A stretch of 64,000 nt of DNA from an uncultured Acidobacteriota bacterium (GCA_963777605.1 CAVZRV010000010.1:352001-416000), one strand, 5' to 3'; shown: positions 9,512 through 20,100, counted from the stretch's first letter. Notes: generated from the sequence alone by a model not told the origin. Numbers and translations are program-made.

Positions 9512-11611
9512 ATGAGTAACGAAGAATTGGAGGGTCCGGGAGGACCTTCTGCGCAGGGTAGTGACGAGCCTTCAGGTGTCGAGGCCACCTTTCGGGAGTA
9601 TTTCCTGCAGTACGCTTCGTACGTCATTACCGAGCGTGCCATTCCGGACCTGGACGACGGGCTGAAGCCGGTTCAGAGGCGTATCCTTCACTCCCTCTGG
9701 GAGAACGAAGACGGTCGCTACAACAAGGTGGCCAACCTGGTCGGCCACAGCATGAAGTACCACCCGCACGGGGATGCCTCGATCTATTCCGCCCTCGTCG
9801 GCCTGGGGCAGAAGAGTCTGTTGATAGACACCCAGGGAAACTGGGGTGACCCGGTAACCAACGACTCCCCGGCGGCCGCACGGTACATCGAGGCACGGCT
9901 GACGCCGTTCGCCAAAGAAGTCGTCTTTGCTCCGCACCTGACGCGCTACAAGCTGAGCTACGACGGACGGAACAAGGAACCGATAGTTTTCCCGGTGCGC
10001 TTTCCGCTGCTCCTCGCAATGGGTGCCGAGGGGATTGCAGTCGGGTTGACGACTCGGGTGCTCCCTCACAACTTCATTGAGCTGCTGGAAGCCCAGAAGG
10101 CGACCCTCCGGGGTGAGGATTTTCAGCTCTTCCCTGACTTTCCCACCGGCGGACTGATGGACGTCAAAGACTACCAGGACGGCGTCCCGGGATCGCGGAT
10201 CAAAGTCCGGGCCACGCTCGAACAGGGTAAGGGCAAGTACATCGTCATCCGGCAACTTCCCTATGGCGTAACCACCGAGTCGGTCATCGACTCGATCCTG
10301 AAAGCCAGCGAGAAGGGGAAGATCAAGGTTTCCAACGTCCAGGACAACTCGGCCGCGGAAGTTGAGATCGTCGTCTCGTTCCAGCGGGGCGTCGACATGG
10401 AGAAGGCGGAGGATGCCCTCTATGCATTCACCGACTGCGAGGTCAGCCTAAGCTCAAATTGCATGATCATCCGGGACGGGAAGCCGGTCGCCCTGAGCGC
10501 TTCTGAAATTCTCAGGGAGAGTGCCTTCCGAACCCGTGAGCTACTCCGCCAGGACCTGGAAATCCAACTCGGACGACTGGAGCGCGAGTGGCACCTGAAA
10601 AGCCTGGTTCAGATTTTCATCGAGAACCGCATCTACCTGCGAATTGAGAAGTGTGAGACCTGGGTGGACGTACTTTACGAGATCGACAAAGGGCTGGAAC
10701 CGTTTCTCGGCCGACTCCGGGCACCGGTCACAGAGGGGGACCTGGTCTACCTCACCGAGGTCAAGATCCGTCGTATCAGTGCCTGGGATGCCGCCCGTTC
10801 GCGAGAGGAACTTCGGAAGATCGACGAGGAGATCGCGAGGGTCAAGGAAGACCTGGCCAACATCACTAACTACACGATCCGCTACACCGATCACCTGATT
10901 GAGGCCTACGGTGCCGGCCGGGAACGCCGAACCCACATCAAGTCCTTCGATGCGATCGAGGCGGTCGCCGTAGTCGAACGGACAGAGAAGCTCTACCTCG
11001 AACCCAAGGCCGGCTTCATCGGTACCGACCTTCGGGACGCGCATGAAGTGGAATTCTGTTCTCCGCTCGACGACGTGATGGTGGTCACCGAAGACGGTGG
11101 CCTGTACCTGGTCAAGGTCGCCGATCGAAAGTACGTCGGCGAAAACATCATCTACGCTCGGGTCTTTGGGCCGGACGACCGCGACACCGTCTTCAACATG
11201 GTCTACGAGGACCTCAAGAGCGGCAGAACCCACATCAAGCGTTTCACCGTCGGCGGGTTCACGCGAGAGCGCCGATACGAACTGGGCAGTTCGGCGAAAA
11301 CCCGGGTCTTTCTATTCCTTCCCGGCGAGAGCGGAATCCACGCTCACGTCAAGCTTCGCAAGAAAGCCAGGATCAAGACCGATCTCTACGTCTGTTTTGA
11401 CGAACTTCTGCTCAAGGGCCGCGGAGCCAATGGCAACGTTCTGACCAAGCACCGGGTCACCAGCGCCCGCCAAATTTCTGAAACCGTCTTTCGGAACCGA
11501 CTCGACCTCGGACCAGCCCAAAACGCCGACGAGAACACTCCGGCAGCGCAGACAGACGACGAAGAGGCATCCTCAAAGGACGTCAAAGGAGAGCAAAAGG
11601 GGCTGTTCTAG
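9512..11611 (+). CDS. parC: DNA topoisomerase IV subunit A
   Basis: RAIPDLDDGLKPVQRRIL, YHPHGD, catalytic AARYIE, PDFPTGG. Confidence 0.88.
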   Translation: MSNEELEGPGGPSAQGSDEPSGVEATFREYFLQYASYVITERAIPDLDDGLKPVQRRILHSLWENEDGRYNKVANLVGHSMKYHPHGDASIYSALVGLGQKSLLIDTQGNWGDPVTNDSPAAARYIEARLTPFAKEVVFAPHLTRYKLSYDGRNKEPIVFPVRFPLLLAMGAEGIAVGLTTRVLPHNFIELLEAQKATLRGEDFQLFPDFPTGGLMDVKDYQDGVPGSRIKVRATLEQGKGKYIVIRQLPYGVTTESVIDSILKASEKGKIKVSNVQDNSAAEVEIVVSFQRGVDMEKAEDALYAFTDCEVSLSSNCMIIRDGKPVALSASEILRESAFRTRELLRQDLEIQLGRLEREWHLKSLVQIFIENRIYLRIEKCETWVDVLYEIDKGLEPFLGRLRAPVTEGDLVYLTEVKIRRISAWDAARSREELRKIDEEIARVKEDLANITNYTIRYTDHLIEAYGAGRERRTHIKSFDAIEAVAVVERTEKLYLEPKAGFIGTDLRDAHEVEFCSPLDDVMVVTEDGGLYLVKVADRKYVGENIIYARVFGPDDRDTVFNMVYEDLKSGRTHIKRFTVGGFTRERRYELGSSAKTRVFLFLPGESGIHAHVKLRKKARIKTDLYVCFDELLLKGRGANGNVLTKHRVTSARQISETVFRNRLDLGPAQNADENTPAAQTDDEEASSKDVKGEQKGLF

Positions 11612-11654
11612 CCGGTCCGACGTGTCTGACCCGTTGGGCACCAACTCGCGAAGT

Positions 11655-12380
11655 TCAGGCGTTGTCGCGGAAACCCAGCAGGACCAGGAGTTGACGGTCG
11701 GGCGGCTCAAGGACCGAGAGACCCGTTCCGTAGTCGGGGCTCGGGATCTCTCCACCGAACTCGAAACCCTCGAATTCGAGCTGTTCTACCCGTTCCGGAG
11801 TGTTGTCCGAGTAATAGACCAAGGCCGGTTTCTCGATGTTCCGAGTCTCGTGCAAACCGATGGTGATGAGGTCGTCTGAGATGACCGCCCAGGGGTACGG
11901 CAAGTTGCTTCCTCTCAGGCTCTGAAAACCCAACTTGGTCCAGAGGGTGAGAGAGTCTTGCAGATCCCCCACCGGACAGGCCAATTCGCCGAATCGGCCG
12001 GCCTTGCAGACCGACGTTCCGGACGGCCTCGGGATCCGTCGCGCCGGGTAAGCCAGGAAGGAAACTCCAAGTCCGGTAGGGGTCGTCATACCCGCGATCA
12101 TTTCCGGTATCTGACCATCCTGCACCCGGGATATGGGTACCCCGAGAGATTCAACCAGGGCGACCCGTTCCGGCATGTCGCTGGCTATGTAGTTGAGCAC
12201 TATCGTCCCCGGGGTTGCCTGGCTCAGGTTTAGAGTGATCACTCCATCAGTCAAAACCGCCCAGGGCCACGGTTCCCAACTCTGCTCGAGCTTTTCAAAT
12301 CCGAGCCTTTCGTAAAAAGGCACGGACTTGGCCAGATCCGGAACGGCAACTGACAGCTCAACGAATTTGCCCAGCTTCAT
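11655..12380 (-). CDS. VOC/glyoxalase-family protein with two tandem domains
   Basis: Internal duplication: ELSVAVPDLAKSVPFYERLGF..PWPWAVL and ELACPVGDLQDSLTLWTKLGF..PYPWAVI. Confidence 0.75.
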   Translation of the reverse strand: MKLGKFVELSVAVPDLAKSVPFYERLGFEKLEQSWEPWPWAVLTDGVITLNLSQATPGTIVLNYIASDMPERVALVESLGVPISRVQDGQIPEMIAGMTTPTGLGVSFLAYPARRIPRPSGTSVCKAGRFGELACPVGDLQDSLTLWTKLGFQSLRGSNLPYPWAVISDDLITIGLHETRNIEKPALVYYSDNTPERVEQLEFEGFEFGGEIPSPDYGTGLSVLEPPDRQLLVLLGFRDNA

Positions 12381-12567
12381 GGTGACTCCTTTGGATTGAT
12401 CCCCCTCCTAATCTAAATCATTCATCCCACGATTCAAATACCCGCTTGCGGGATTGCATGCGCCTGGCCCCAGCAACTCTGCTAAGTCATGCAGGCGTTG
12501 CGGGGAGGGGGACTCGGTTTAAGGTTTAGTATCCCGATTTGAGGTTCAACGTTCAATTTTGCGAGAT

Positions 12568-12628
12568 CGGCGAAGGCGAAGGTGAATGACGAAGTCGAAG
12601 GCCGAAACCGAAATAGGTAGCGCGAACT
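12568..12628 (-). repeat. Degenerate inverted copy of the heptamer repeat unit found at 44059, 44652 and 49743
   Basis: Reverse complement reads agttcgcgctacctatttcggtttcggccttcgacttcg versus agttcgcacttcgcacttcggtttcgtccttcgccttc. Confidence 0.65.
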
Positions 12629-12828
12629 AATGTCTGTCAAGTCCTGGCCTGGAGTCGAAATGCCCTGTGGGGCTGGTCTGAACGGGTGTTTAGCCCGGCA
12701 GGACGCCCGCCGACACGCCAAGCAAGGATGCCTGGATTACGCTCCCGGCCACCAACCCCTGAACACCAAGCTCTGAACCCCAACTATGCCGCTCGAACAG
12801 GGATCTTGGGTTAACATGGTCGGAACCT

Positions 12829-15501
12829 ATGTACCCAGAACTCAAGCGCGACGTCCGCCGGTTAACTTCGCTGCTCGGAGACATCATCCGGGAAAGAACA
12901 GGAGACGAAGGGCTCCAACTGGTCGAGGACGTTCGAAATCTCGCCAAGCAGATCCGTCTCGAACCCTGCGCAGAGACCCTGCAGCGTAAAGACCAGCTTT
13001 TCGAAACTTTAACCCTGGACAGGGCAGAACCACTAGCCCGGGCATTCACCCTTTACTTTCAGCTCGTCAACCTGGCGGAAGAACGCCAGCGGCAGCGGCG
13101 CCTGATGGAAGCCATCGACAGCAGCGAATCCTACAAAGGATCGCTGAGGCACGGCATCCAGGTGCTTCACGACAAGTTCGGAATCGATCCCGACAGTGAC
13201 CAGGGACGGTCCATCCTTGAAAGAACGCGGATTGAGCCCGTACTCACCGCCCATCCGACCGAAGCTCGCCGGCCTACCGTCACGGCGCATTTGATGAGGA
13301 TCAATCGCCTCTACTCTCTTTCTGAACGCCGGGGAATCAGTGAACGAAATCGAAACAATTTTCACCAGCGCATCCTGGCTGAACTCGAGAGTCTCTGGTT
13401 GACCGAGCAGACCCGTTCCATCCGACCCACGATCGGCGAAGAAGTGGAACGCGTCCTGTTCTACTTCAAACGTGCCATCATCTCGACGGTTCCCCATTTC
13501 TACCGGGAACTTGCGCGAGCTGTCGGCTCCTCCGACCTTCCCCGGCTCCTGAGTTTCGGCAGTTGGGTTGGCGGAGATCGAGACGGTAACCCGTTTGTGA
13601 CTGCCCGCCTCAGCATCCGGACCGTCCAGGCTCAACATCGCCTGATTCTCCAACACTACCTGCGCAAGGTCTCCGATCTGAGACGGCAACTCAGCCACTC
13701 GGATCGTCTCAGCGCCGCCTCGGGTGAACTCCACGATGAGATTCAGGACGAAATCACCTACGGCCTCTTCCTCGACAGGCCAACGGAATCGATCGAGTCT
13801 CACGAGGTCTACCGCCGATTCCTTCGCATGATCCACATTCGGCTCCGCCAGACCCTTCGACGACAGATCGACGGCTTCAAAACGCCCGAAGAATTCCTCA
13901 AACTCTTGAAGATTCTCGACCGCAGTCTGCGCCATGGAGGCGTTGTCCGAAGTGCCGAAGCGGCCCTCAAGGACCTGATAATTCAGGTCGAAACGTTTGG
14001 GTTTCACCTCGCGACGCTCGATTTTCGCGATCACTCGGGCAAGATCGCGACGGCGGTCGGAACCCTGCTGCACAGGGACCCAAACCACGTCGATGTTGCC
14101 GCAGTCCAAGAGGCCCTCAAGTCGCCTCCAGTTCCGGGACATCCCGAAGGAGAACTGGGGGATGTGACCGACCAGTTCCGAAGCATACGTCGAATTCAGG
14201 ACCGCTATGGAGCCAAAGCCGCCAGCCGTTACATCGTCAGCATGACGCACCGCCCGGTCGACATCTGGAATACGATCCTGCTCGCTTCGACGGCAGGTCT
14301 GGTCCGTCGAGAGTCGGGCGGCTGGGTCTCGCGCCTCGACTTTGTACCCCTCTTCGAGACGATCCAGGATCTGCGCGGTTCTTGCGATCTCCTGACCTGT
14401 TGGTTCGATGACCCGATCTACCGGGAAATCCTGGCAAGCCGCCGGCAGACCCAGGAGATCATGCTGGGATACTCAGACTCCAATAAAGACGGCGGATACC
14501 TTTCGGCTAACTGGGAACTGTTCAGGGCTCAACGCTCCATTGTCAAACTCGCCACACGCTACGGTATTCAGATCCGTTTCTTCCATGGGAAAGGCGGCCC
14601 CATCGACCGCGGCGGCGGTTTGAGCTACCGTACCATCATGGCACAGCCCTACTCGGTTGCGGACGGCCAGATGAGAATAACGGAGCAGGGCGAAGTCATC
14701 TCCAGCAAGTACTCCAATCCCGTCATCGCACAACGCAATCTGGAGCAGCTCTGCAGTGCGGTCCTGCAGGCACGCGCCTCGACCATGACTCGGGGCCCCG
14801 CGGTTCCCGAAGAATGGGCTCAAATACTCGACACGATGTCCCAGTCCTCCCTGGATTGCTACCAGAAGTTCGTGTGGAAGAACCGCCGGTTCCCGCGGTT
14901 CTTCTTTAAGGCGACTCCCATTGACGTAATCGAACACTTGACCCTTGGGTCGCGGCCCGCAAAGCGCAAGACAGGCAAGGGGCTCCGGGATCTTCGGGCC
15001 ATTCCCTGGGTCTTCTCCTGGACCCAGTCTCGGTTCGTTTTGTCAGCCTGGTACGGGCTGGGAACGGCTTTGGAATCGCATTTGGGAGGCGGAAGTGAAG
15101 GCTTGGCGCAACTCAGAAAACTTTATGCGGAATGGCCCTTTTTCAGCACTCTGATCGACAACGCCCAGTTGTCCCTTGCCAAGGCTGACCTCTTCATCGC
15201 CAAGCAGTATGCCAACCTGGTTGATCCCCAAGAACTGGGCGAACAGACCTTCATCCAGATTCGGGAGGAGTACGAAAGAACCGAAGCAGCCATCCTGGAA
15301 ATCACGGAACAGCAACAACTTCTGGAAAAAGTCGAAGTGTTACGCGAATCCATTCGGCTTCGGAATCCCTACGTGGATCCATTGAATTTCCTCCAACTGC
15401 GGTTTCTCGAAGAGTGGAGGAAGACCGGTGATCCGGAAATCCTCCACCTGCTTCGTCTGACGGTTCACGGGATCGCCTCGGGAATGAAGAGTACGGGCTG
15501 A
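12829..15501 (+). CDS. ppc: Phosphoenolpyruvate carboxylase
   Basis: VLTAHPTE, GSWVGGDRDGNP, MLGYSDSNKDGG, LRAIPWVFSWTQ, LRNPYVDPLN. Confidence 0.96.
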   Translation: MYPELKRDVRRLTSLLGDIIRERTGDEGLQLVEDVRNLAKQIRLEPCAETLQRKDQLFETLTLDRAEPLARAFTLYFQLVNLAEERQRQRRLMEAIDSSESYKGSLRHGIQVLHDKFGIDPDSDQGRSILERTRIEPVLTAHPTEARRPTVTAHLMRINRLYSLSERRGISERNRNNFHQRILAELESLWLTEQTRSIRPTIGEEVERVLFYFKRAIISTVPHFYRELARAVGSSDLPRLLSFGSWVGGDRDGNPFVTARLSIRTVQAQHRLILQHYLRKVSDLRRQLSHSDRLSAASGELHDEIQDEITYGLFLDRPTESIESHEVYRRFLRMIHIRLRQTLRRQIDGFKTPEEFLKLLKILDRSLRHGGVVRSAEAALKDLIIQVETFGFHLATLDFRDHSGKIATAVGTLLHRDPNHVDVAAVQEALKSPPVPGHPEGELGDVTDQFRSIRRIQDRYGAKAASRYIVSMTHRPVDIWNTILLASTAGLVRRESGGWVSRLDFVPLFETIQDLRGSCDLLTCWFDDPIYREILASRRQTQEIMLGYSDSNKDGGYLSANWELFRAQRSIVKLATRYGIQIRFFHGKGGPIDRGGGLSYRTIMAQPYSVADGQMRITEQGEVISSKYSNPVIAQRNLEQLCSAVLQARASTMTRGPAVPEEWAQILDTMSQSSLDCYQKFVWKNRRFPRFFFKATPIDVIEHLTLGSRPAKRKTGKGLRDLRAIPWVFSWTQSRFVLSAWYGLGTALESHLGGGSEGLAQLRKLYAEWPFFSTLIDNAQLSLAKADLFIAKQYANLVDPQELGEQTFIQIREEYERTEAAILEITEQQQLLEKVEVLRESIRLRNPYVDPLNFLQLRFLEEWRKTGDPEILHLLRLTVHGIASGMKSTG

Positions 15502-15577
15502 TTGATTGGGCTGATTCTGCCAGGACCTTGGGAAAGGATCGTGCAACCGGCCATGATTCGATCTCCGATGCTCCGGC

Positions 15578-16117
15578 TTATCCCGTATTCCGGACCAAAT
15601 CCGCGAGAGGGCGCCTTGGTCTGGGCGCGGGGCTTTCCTTCGCCATTCCGATCGGAAGCATGGCCACCGGACGGAGGCCGGGGGGAATCCCCGCGGCATC
15701 GCGCACCGAATCTTCGTCGAAAGCCCCAACCCACACCGTGGCAAGCCCGACAGCAGTCACTGCCAACATGGCGAAGCTGCAGGCTATAGTCGCGTCCTGC
15801 ACCGAATAGAGTTCCCTGCCCCGGGTTCCGTACTTCTTTGATGCATTCCCGGGATCGGCGCAAAAGACCAGGACAACGGGTGCCTCAGCGATGAAATCCT
15901 GACCGTGGGCAGCCCGGGCAAGATCTCGACGCACTGTGATGGATTTCGCCACAACCACCTGAAAACTCTGCAGATTTCCTGCCGAAGGCGCCGACACCAG
16001 TGCATCCAGGATTTCCTCGAGATCCTCGGGACGAACGGCTGCAGCAGACTCGAATGCTCTAATAGAACGACGCTTCTCAAAAAGTTCGAACAGGTCCATT
16101 GCAAGAGTGTAGGACAC
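15578..16117 (-). CDS. Nitroreductase family protein
   Basis: RRSIRAF, APSAGNLQ, GLATVWVGAF; start may be the Met at 16099. Confidence 0.9.
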   Translation of the reverse strand: MSYTLAMDLFELFEKRRSIRAFESAAAVRPEDLEEILDALVSAPSAGNLQSFQVVVAKSITVRRDLARAAHGQDFIAEAPVVLVFCADPGNASKKYGTRGRELYSVQDATIACSFAMLAVTAVGLATVWVGAFDEDSVRDAAGIPPGLRPVAMLPIGMAKESPAPRPRRPLADLVRNTG

Positions 16118-16313
16118 TCGCTCCCGGTTGTCTCTGCTGGTGGGCGCAATTCGAATCGGCTAATGAATGCGTTGATCGGCACCCGGTCTGCCGTTCCGCC
16201 GGAATTCGTGCCTGCGAGACGGAGAAATTCGAGGTTGCCGACGCTCGATTTCCTCTTCCTGCCGCGCTGGGATATGATCACTTGGACCGACTGTCCAACC
16301 GGTATGATTCGCG

Positions 16314-17243
16314 ATGGAGGGCTACCTTCAAATGGCCAGAAAGGTTTCGCTTTTCGCTCTCGCCACTGTTTTCTCCACCTGGTTCGTTGCGGTCAGTACA
16401 GCCGCACCAGCCGGAATCGACTCACTCCTTGCTCCCGGCGCAAAACTGGAGAAGATCAGCGGTGATTTCACCTTTACCGAAGGGCCGGCGGCGGACCAGG
16501 ATGGGAACGTGTACTTCACCGATCAGCCGAACGATCGAATCATGAGATACGGCGTGGATGGACGTCTAACGGTTTTCCGCTCGCCGTCCGGTCGTTCCAA
16601 TGGTCTCTATTTCGATCTCGACGGGCGCCTCCTGGCGTGTGCCGACGAGCAGAACCAAATCTGGTCGATCGGCCCGGTTGGTGACCCGGTGGTCCTGGTC
16701 AGGCAGTACCGCGGTCACTTGCTCAACGGCCCCAACGACCTCTGGGTCCACCCTTCCGGAGCGGTCTACTTTACCGACCCGTTCTACAAGCGTCCCTACT
16801 GGAAACGGGGCCCCTCCGAACAGGATGTGCAGGGTGTTTACCGCCTCTCTCCCGACCGAAAGGCCGTGAAGCGGGTCGTCGATGAACTGGTTCAACCAAA
16901 TGGAATCATTGGAACGCCCGACGGGACCCGGCTCTACGTCGCCGATATTGGTGCCGGGAAGACGTACCAGTACCGGATCACCCCCTCGGGAGACCTGACC
17001 GAAAGGCAACTGTTTTGCGAGATGGGCTCCGACGGCATGACCATAGACAGCGACGGCAACGTGTACCTGACCGGCAAGGGGGTCACGGTGTTCAACCCGG
17101 AAGGAAAGGAGATCGGCAACCTAACGATTCCGGAGCCTTGGACGGCCAATGTCACCTTTGGCGGTGCCCATCGCCAGACCCTCTTTATTACCGCTTCCAA
17201 GGGCCTCTATGCCATCCTGCTTCGCACTCACGGAGCACTTTGA
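16314..17243 (+). CDS. SMP-30/gluconolactonase family secreted protein
   Basis: Signal peptide, FTEGP, NGPNDL, QPNG, GSDGMTID. Confidence 0.92.
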   Translation: MEGYLQMARKVSLFALATVFSTWFVAVSTAAPAGIDSLLAPGAKLEKISGDFTFTEGPAADQDGNVYFTDQPNDRIMRYGVDGRLTVFRSPSGRSNGLYFDLDGRLLACADEQNQIWSIGPVGDPVVLVRQYRGHLLNGPNDLWVHPSGAVYFTDPFYKRPYWKRGPSEQDVQGVYRLSPDRKAVKRVVDELVQPNGIIGTPDGTRLYVADIGAGKTYQYRITPSGDLTERQLFCEMGSDGMTIDSDGNVYLTGKGVTVFNPEGKEIGNLTIPEPWTANVTFGGAHRQTLFITASKGLYAILLRTHGAL

Positions 17244-17856
17244 TTCCTGTGATCCGGATCACATCTGGGGTGGTGACCGGGAGCTATCCTCAGCGCGGTG
17301 TTGTTCCGACAATCAAGCTCAGTGATGGTCGCTATATTGCCAATACTGACAATGTTCTTGTAATTCGGATTCAGCAGACTGCGCGCTTCAAACCGAGCAG
17401 TTTTCACGCGGCAGCGGATACAGCGGAAACTCTGATGGGCTGGGTACGAAGGAAGTACGAAGTTAGGGATTGTCGCTTCGAGGACCTCACCTGCGAGCAG
17501 CAGGATTTGGTCAGACGATGGTACAACCTCGAAATGCTGGGCAACGGCCCGGAACGAAGATTCAACATCTACTCCCAGTCTGACCCGCTGGTCTGCAAGG
17601 GTCTGAGTCCGGTCTCCCTGGTCTTCTGCGGGCCCCGGGACTTCGACCGGAGCGGCTGACCCGTTGACCTTCCCCTGTTCCAGAGCATTCCCGGTTGCTC
17701 CAACTTGCTCTCCTCCAGGTGCTTCTACCAGTGGGACAGACTCTTATGACGTCAGCTGCGGGTTGCGCCGGATCATGATTTTCGTCAACATGACGGCGAA
17801 GTTCGAAACCAGCATCGACCTCGGGATGTCGTGGCTGCAAAAGGAGATTTTCAAGG

Positions 17857-18576
17857 ATGGCTCAGGATATTCCGCCCCGGGTCGAGCCGGCGGCTGGCAA
17901 GGGCGCGAAGACCACACTCTGGCGTCCGATAGTACTGCTGGGGGGGCTGGTCACGCTCATCGTGCTCGCCCGGGTTTTCAACCTCGGGCAATACCTTGGC
18001 TCGTTGCGAGAGTGGATTGAGAACCTGGGCCCGATGGGACCCGTGGTCTTCATCCTCATTTACGCGGTTGCCGTCGTCGCCGCCATTCCGGCGAGCCTGT
18101 TGACGGTTGCAGCCGGTGCCCTTTTCGGTTCGGCCCTCGGGATTGCAGTGGTCAGCCTGGCCTCTACCCTGGGAGCGGCACTGGCGTTCCTGGTCGCCCG
18201 ATATTTCGCTCGTGACTCGATCTCTGCCTGGTTGAACGGGAAAAAGACTTTCCGCCGTCTCGATGAAATGACCGAAACTCACGGAGCGACGATTGTCGCT
18301 CTGACGCGACTCGTCCCGATCTTCCCGTTCAATCTCCTCAATTACGGATTCGGGTTGACCCGCGTGCCGTTTTGGACCTACGTTTTCTGGTCCTGGCTTT
18401 GCATGCTCCCCGGTACCTTTGTATTCGTGCTGGGAGCGGACGCCGTCACGAGAGCGATTACCGGTGGTGAAGTCCCCTGGATTCTCATCATTGCCATCGT
18501 AATGGCAATCGTGATCCTCGGTTTCCTCGTTAAGTTCGCCCGAGGCCGGCTGCAAAACAGGGGGGAGAAGGCCTGA
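17857..18576 (+). CDS. TVP38/TMEM64 (DedA superfamily) membrane protein
   Basis: LTRLVPIFPFNLLNYGFGLT motif. Confidence 0.92.
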   Translation: MAQDIPPRVEPAAGKGAKTTLWRPIVLLGGLVTLIVLARVFNLGQYLGSLREWIENLGPMGPVVFILIYAVAVVAAIPASLLTVAAGALFGSALGIAVVSLASTLGAALAFLVARYFARDSISAWLNGKKTFRRLDEMTETHGATIVALTRLVPIFPFNLLNYGFGLTRVPFWTYVFWSWLCMLPGTFVFVLGADAVTRAITGGEVPWILIIAIVMAIVILGFLVKFARGRLQNRGEKA

Positions 18577-18579
18577 GGC

Positions 18580-20100
18580 ATGGAGCACTTACCATCGCTT
18601 CTGTTGAACGACCCGCACGACCGGGAATTGAAAAACCGGGTCGGCCCAAAGGACTGGAACAACCCCAAACCGGCGCGTCGTTACAATCTCGTGGTCATCG
18701 GAGCCGGCACCGCAGGGCTCGTCTCGGCCGCTGCGGCCGCAGGCCTCGGTGCCCGGGTCGCCCTTGTTGAGCGACGATTGATGGGAGGAGATTGCCTGAA
18801 TTTCGGCTGCGTGCCTTCCAAAGCACTGATTCGTGCGGCACGTGCCGCTGCAGGTGCCCGCATATCTGCTGAGCTTGGAATAGGCCTGAGTGATGCCGCG
18901 GTTCAAGCAGACTTCTCCAGAGTGATGGACCGCGTCCGGCGCCTGCGCGCCGAAATCAGTCAAAACGACTCGGTGGAACGATTCACCAGGCTGGGCGTCG
19001 ACGTATTCCTGGGCAACGCGAAATTCATCGATCACAGAACGGTCGATGTGGATGGCCTGAAACTGCGCTTCAAACGTGCCGTGATCGCGACGGGAGCCGG
19101 TCCGGCTCAACCCGATATTCCGGGGCTGGATATCGCGGGGTTCTTGACCAACGAAACCGTCTTCTCGCTTAACACGCTGCCCTCGCGACTGCTCATTGTC
19201 GGTGGTGGGCCGATCGGCTGCGAACTGGCCCAGGCGATTGCCCGTCTCGGCTCAAAGGTGACGATCGTTGAAGCCCAGTCCCGTTTCCTGGCGAGAGAAG
19301 ATGCCGAGGCCGCGGAAATCCTCGGCCGGGCGCTGGCCCGGGATGGAATCGAGATCCGCCTCGACACCAAAGTCTCACGAGTGGTCCCTCGGGACAACGT
19401 GAAACAGGTGCAGCTGGTTTCCGGGGATCAGTCCGAGAAGCTTGAATTCGATGAGATCCTCGTGGGCGTTGGACGGATTCCGAACATCCAGGATCTCAAC
19501 CTGGAAGTCGCCGGGGTCCACTACAGAAACAGCGGCGTCCAGGTCAACGACCGCCTTCAGACCACCAACCCCAGGATCTTCGCGGCCGGGGACGTGTGCC
19601 TGCCGTACAAATTCACCCACACCGCCGATGCGTCCGCACGCATCGTGATCCAGAATGCCCTTTTCTTTGGAAGTCGAAAGGTAAGCAGTCTCACCATCCC
19701 CTGGTGCACTTATACAAGTCCAGAAGTTGCCCACGTGGGCCTTTACGAGAAGGATGCCCAGGCCAAGGGAATCGAGGTGACAACCTTCAAGGTCCCTTTG
19801 AGCGAAGTGGACCGGGCTGTGCTGGACGGCGAGACAGAAGGGTTCGTCAAAATCCACGTCAAACAGGGGACCGACGAGATCATCGGTGCCACGATCGTGG
19901 CCGAACACGCCGGGGAGTTGATCAGCGAACTCAGTGTTGCCATCGTCGGGGGAATCGGACTGGGTCGCCTCTCTAATGTGATTCATCCTTATCCCACACA
20001 GGCGGAGGCGATTCGAAAAGCGGCCGACCAGTACAATCGGACCCGCCTGACGCCGACTGTCAAGAGCGCATTGAAGGCCTGGTTCAAGCTGACTCGTTGA
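18580..20100 (+). CDS. FAD-dependent pyridine nucleotide-disulfide oxidoreductase (MerA/Lpd-like)
   Basis: GAGTAG, GGDCLNFGCVPSK, GGGPIG, HPYPTQAE; no C-terminal Cys-Cys. Confidence 0.9.
   Translation: MEHLPSLLLNDPHDRELKNRVGPKDWNNPKPARRYNLVVIGAGTAGLVSAAAAAGLGARVALVERRLMGGDCLNFGCVPSKALIRAARAAAGARISAELGIGLSDAAVQADFSRVMDRVRRLRAEISQNDSVERFTRLGVDVFLGNAKFIDHRTVDVDGLKLRFKRAVIATGAGPAQPDIPGLDIAGFLTNETVFSLNTLPSRLLIVGGGPIGCELAQAIARLGSKVTIVEAQSRFLAREDAEAAEILGRALARDGIEIRLDTKVSRVVPRDNVKQVQLVSGDQSEKLEFDEILVGVGRIPNIQDLNLEVAGVHYRNSGVQVNDRLQTTNPRIFAAGDVCLPYKFTHTADASARIVIQNALFFGSRKVSSLTIPWCTYTSPEVAHVGLYEKDAQAKGIEVTTFKVPLSEVDRAVLDGETEGFVKIHVKQGTDEIIGATIVAEHAGELISELSVAIVGGIGLGRLSNVIHPYPTQAEAIRKAADQYNRTRLTPTVKSALKAWFKLTR

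Noticed and set aside
12660-12810. 6S RNA, tmRNA or SRP RNA
   Set aside because: Rod-like pairing is possible, but the conserved 6S bubble motifs, tmRNA tRNA-like ends and SRP GGAA domain are absent
18580-20100. Mercuric reductase MerA / mer operon
   Set aside because: No C-terminal Cys-Cys pair, no N-terminal metal-binding domain, no merR/T/P nearby; has a Lpd-like HPYPT motif
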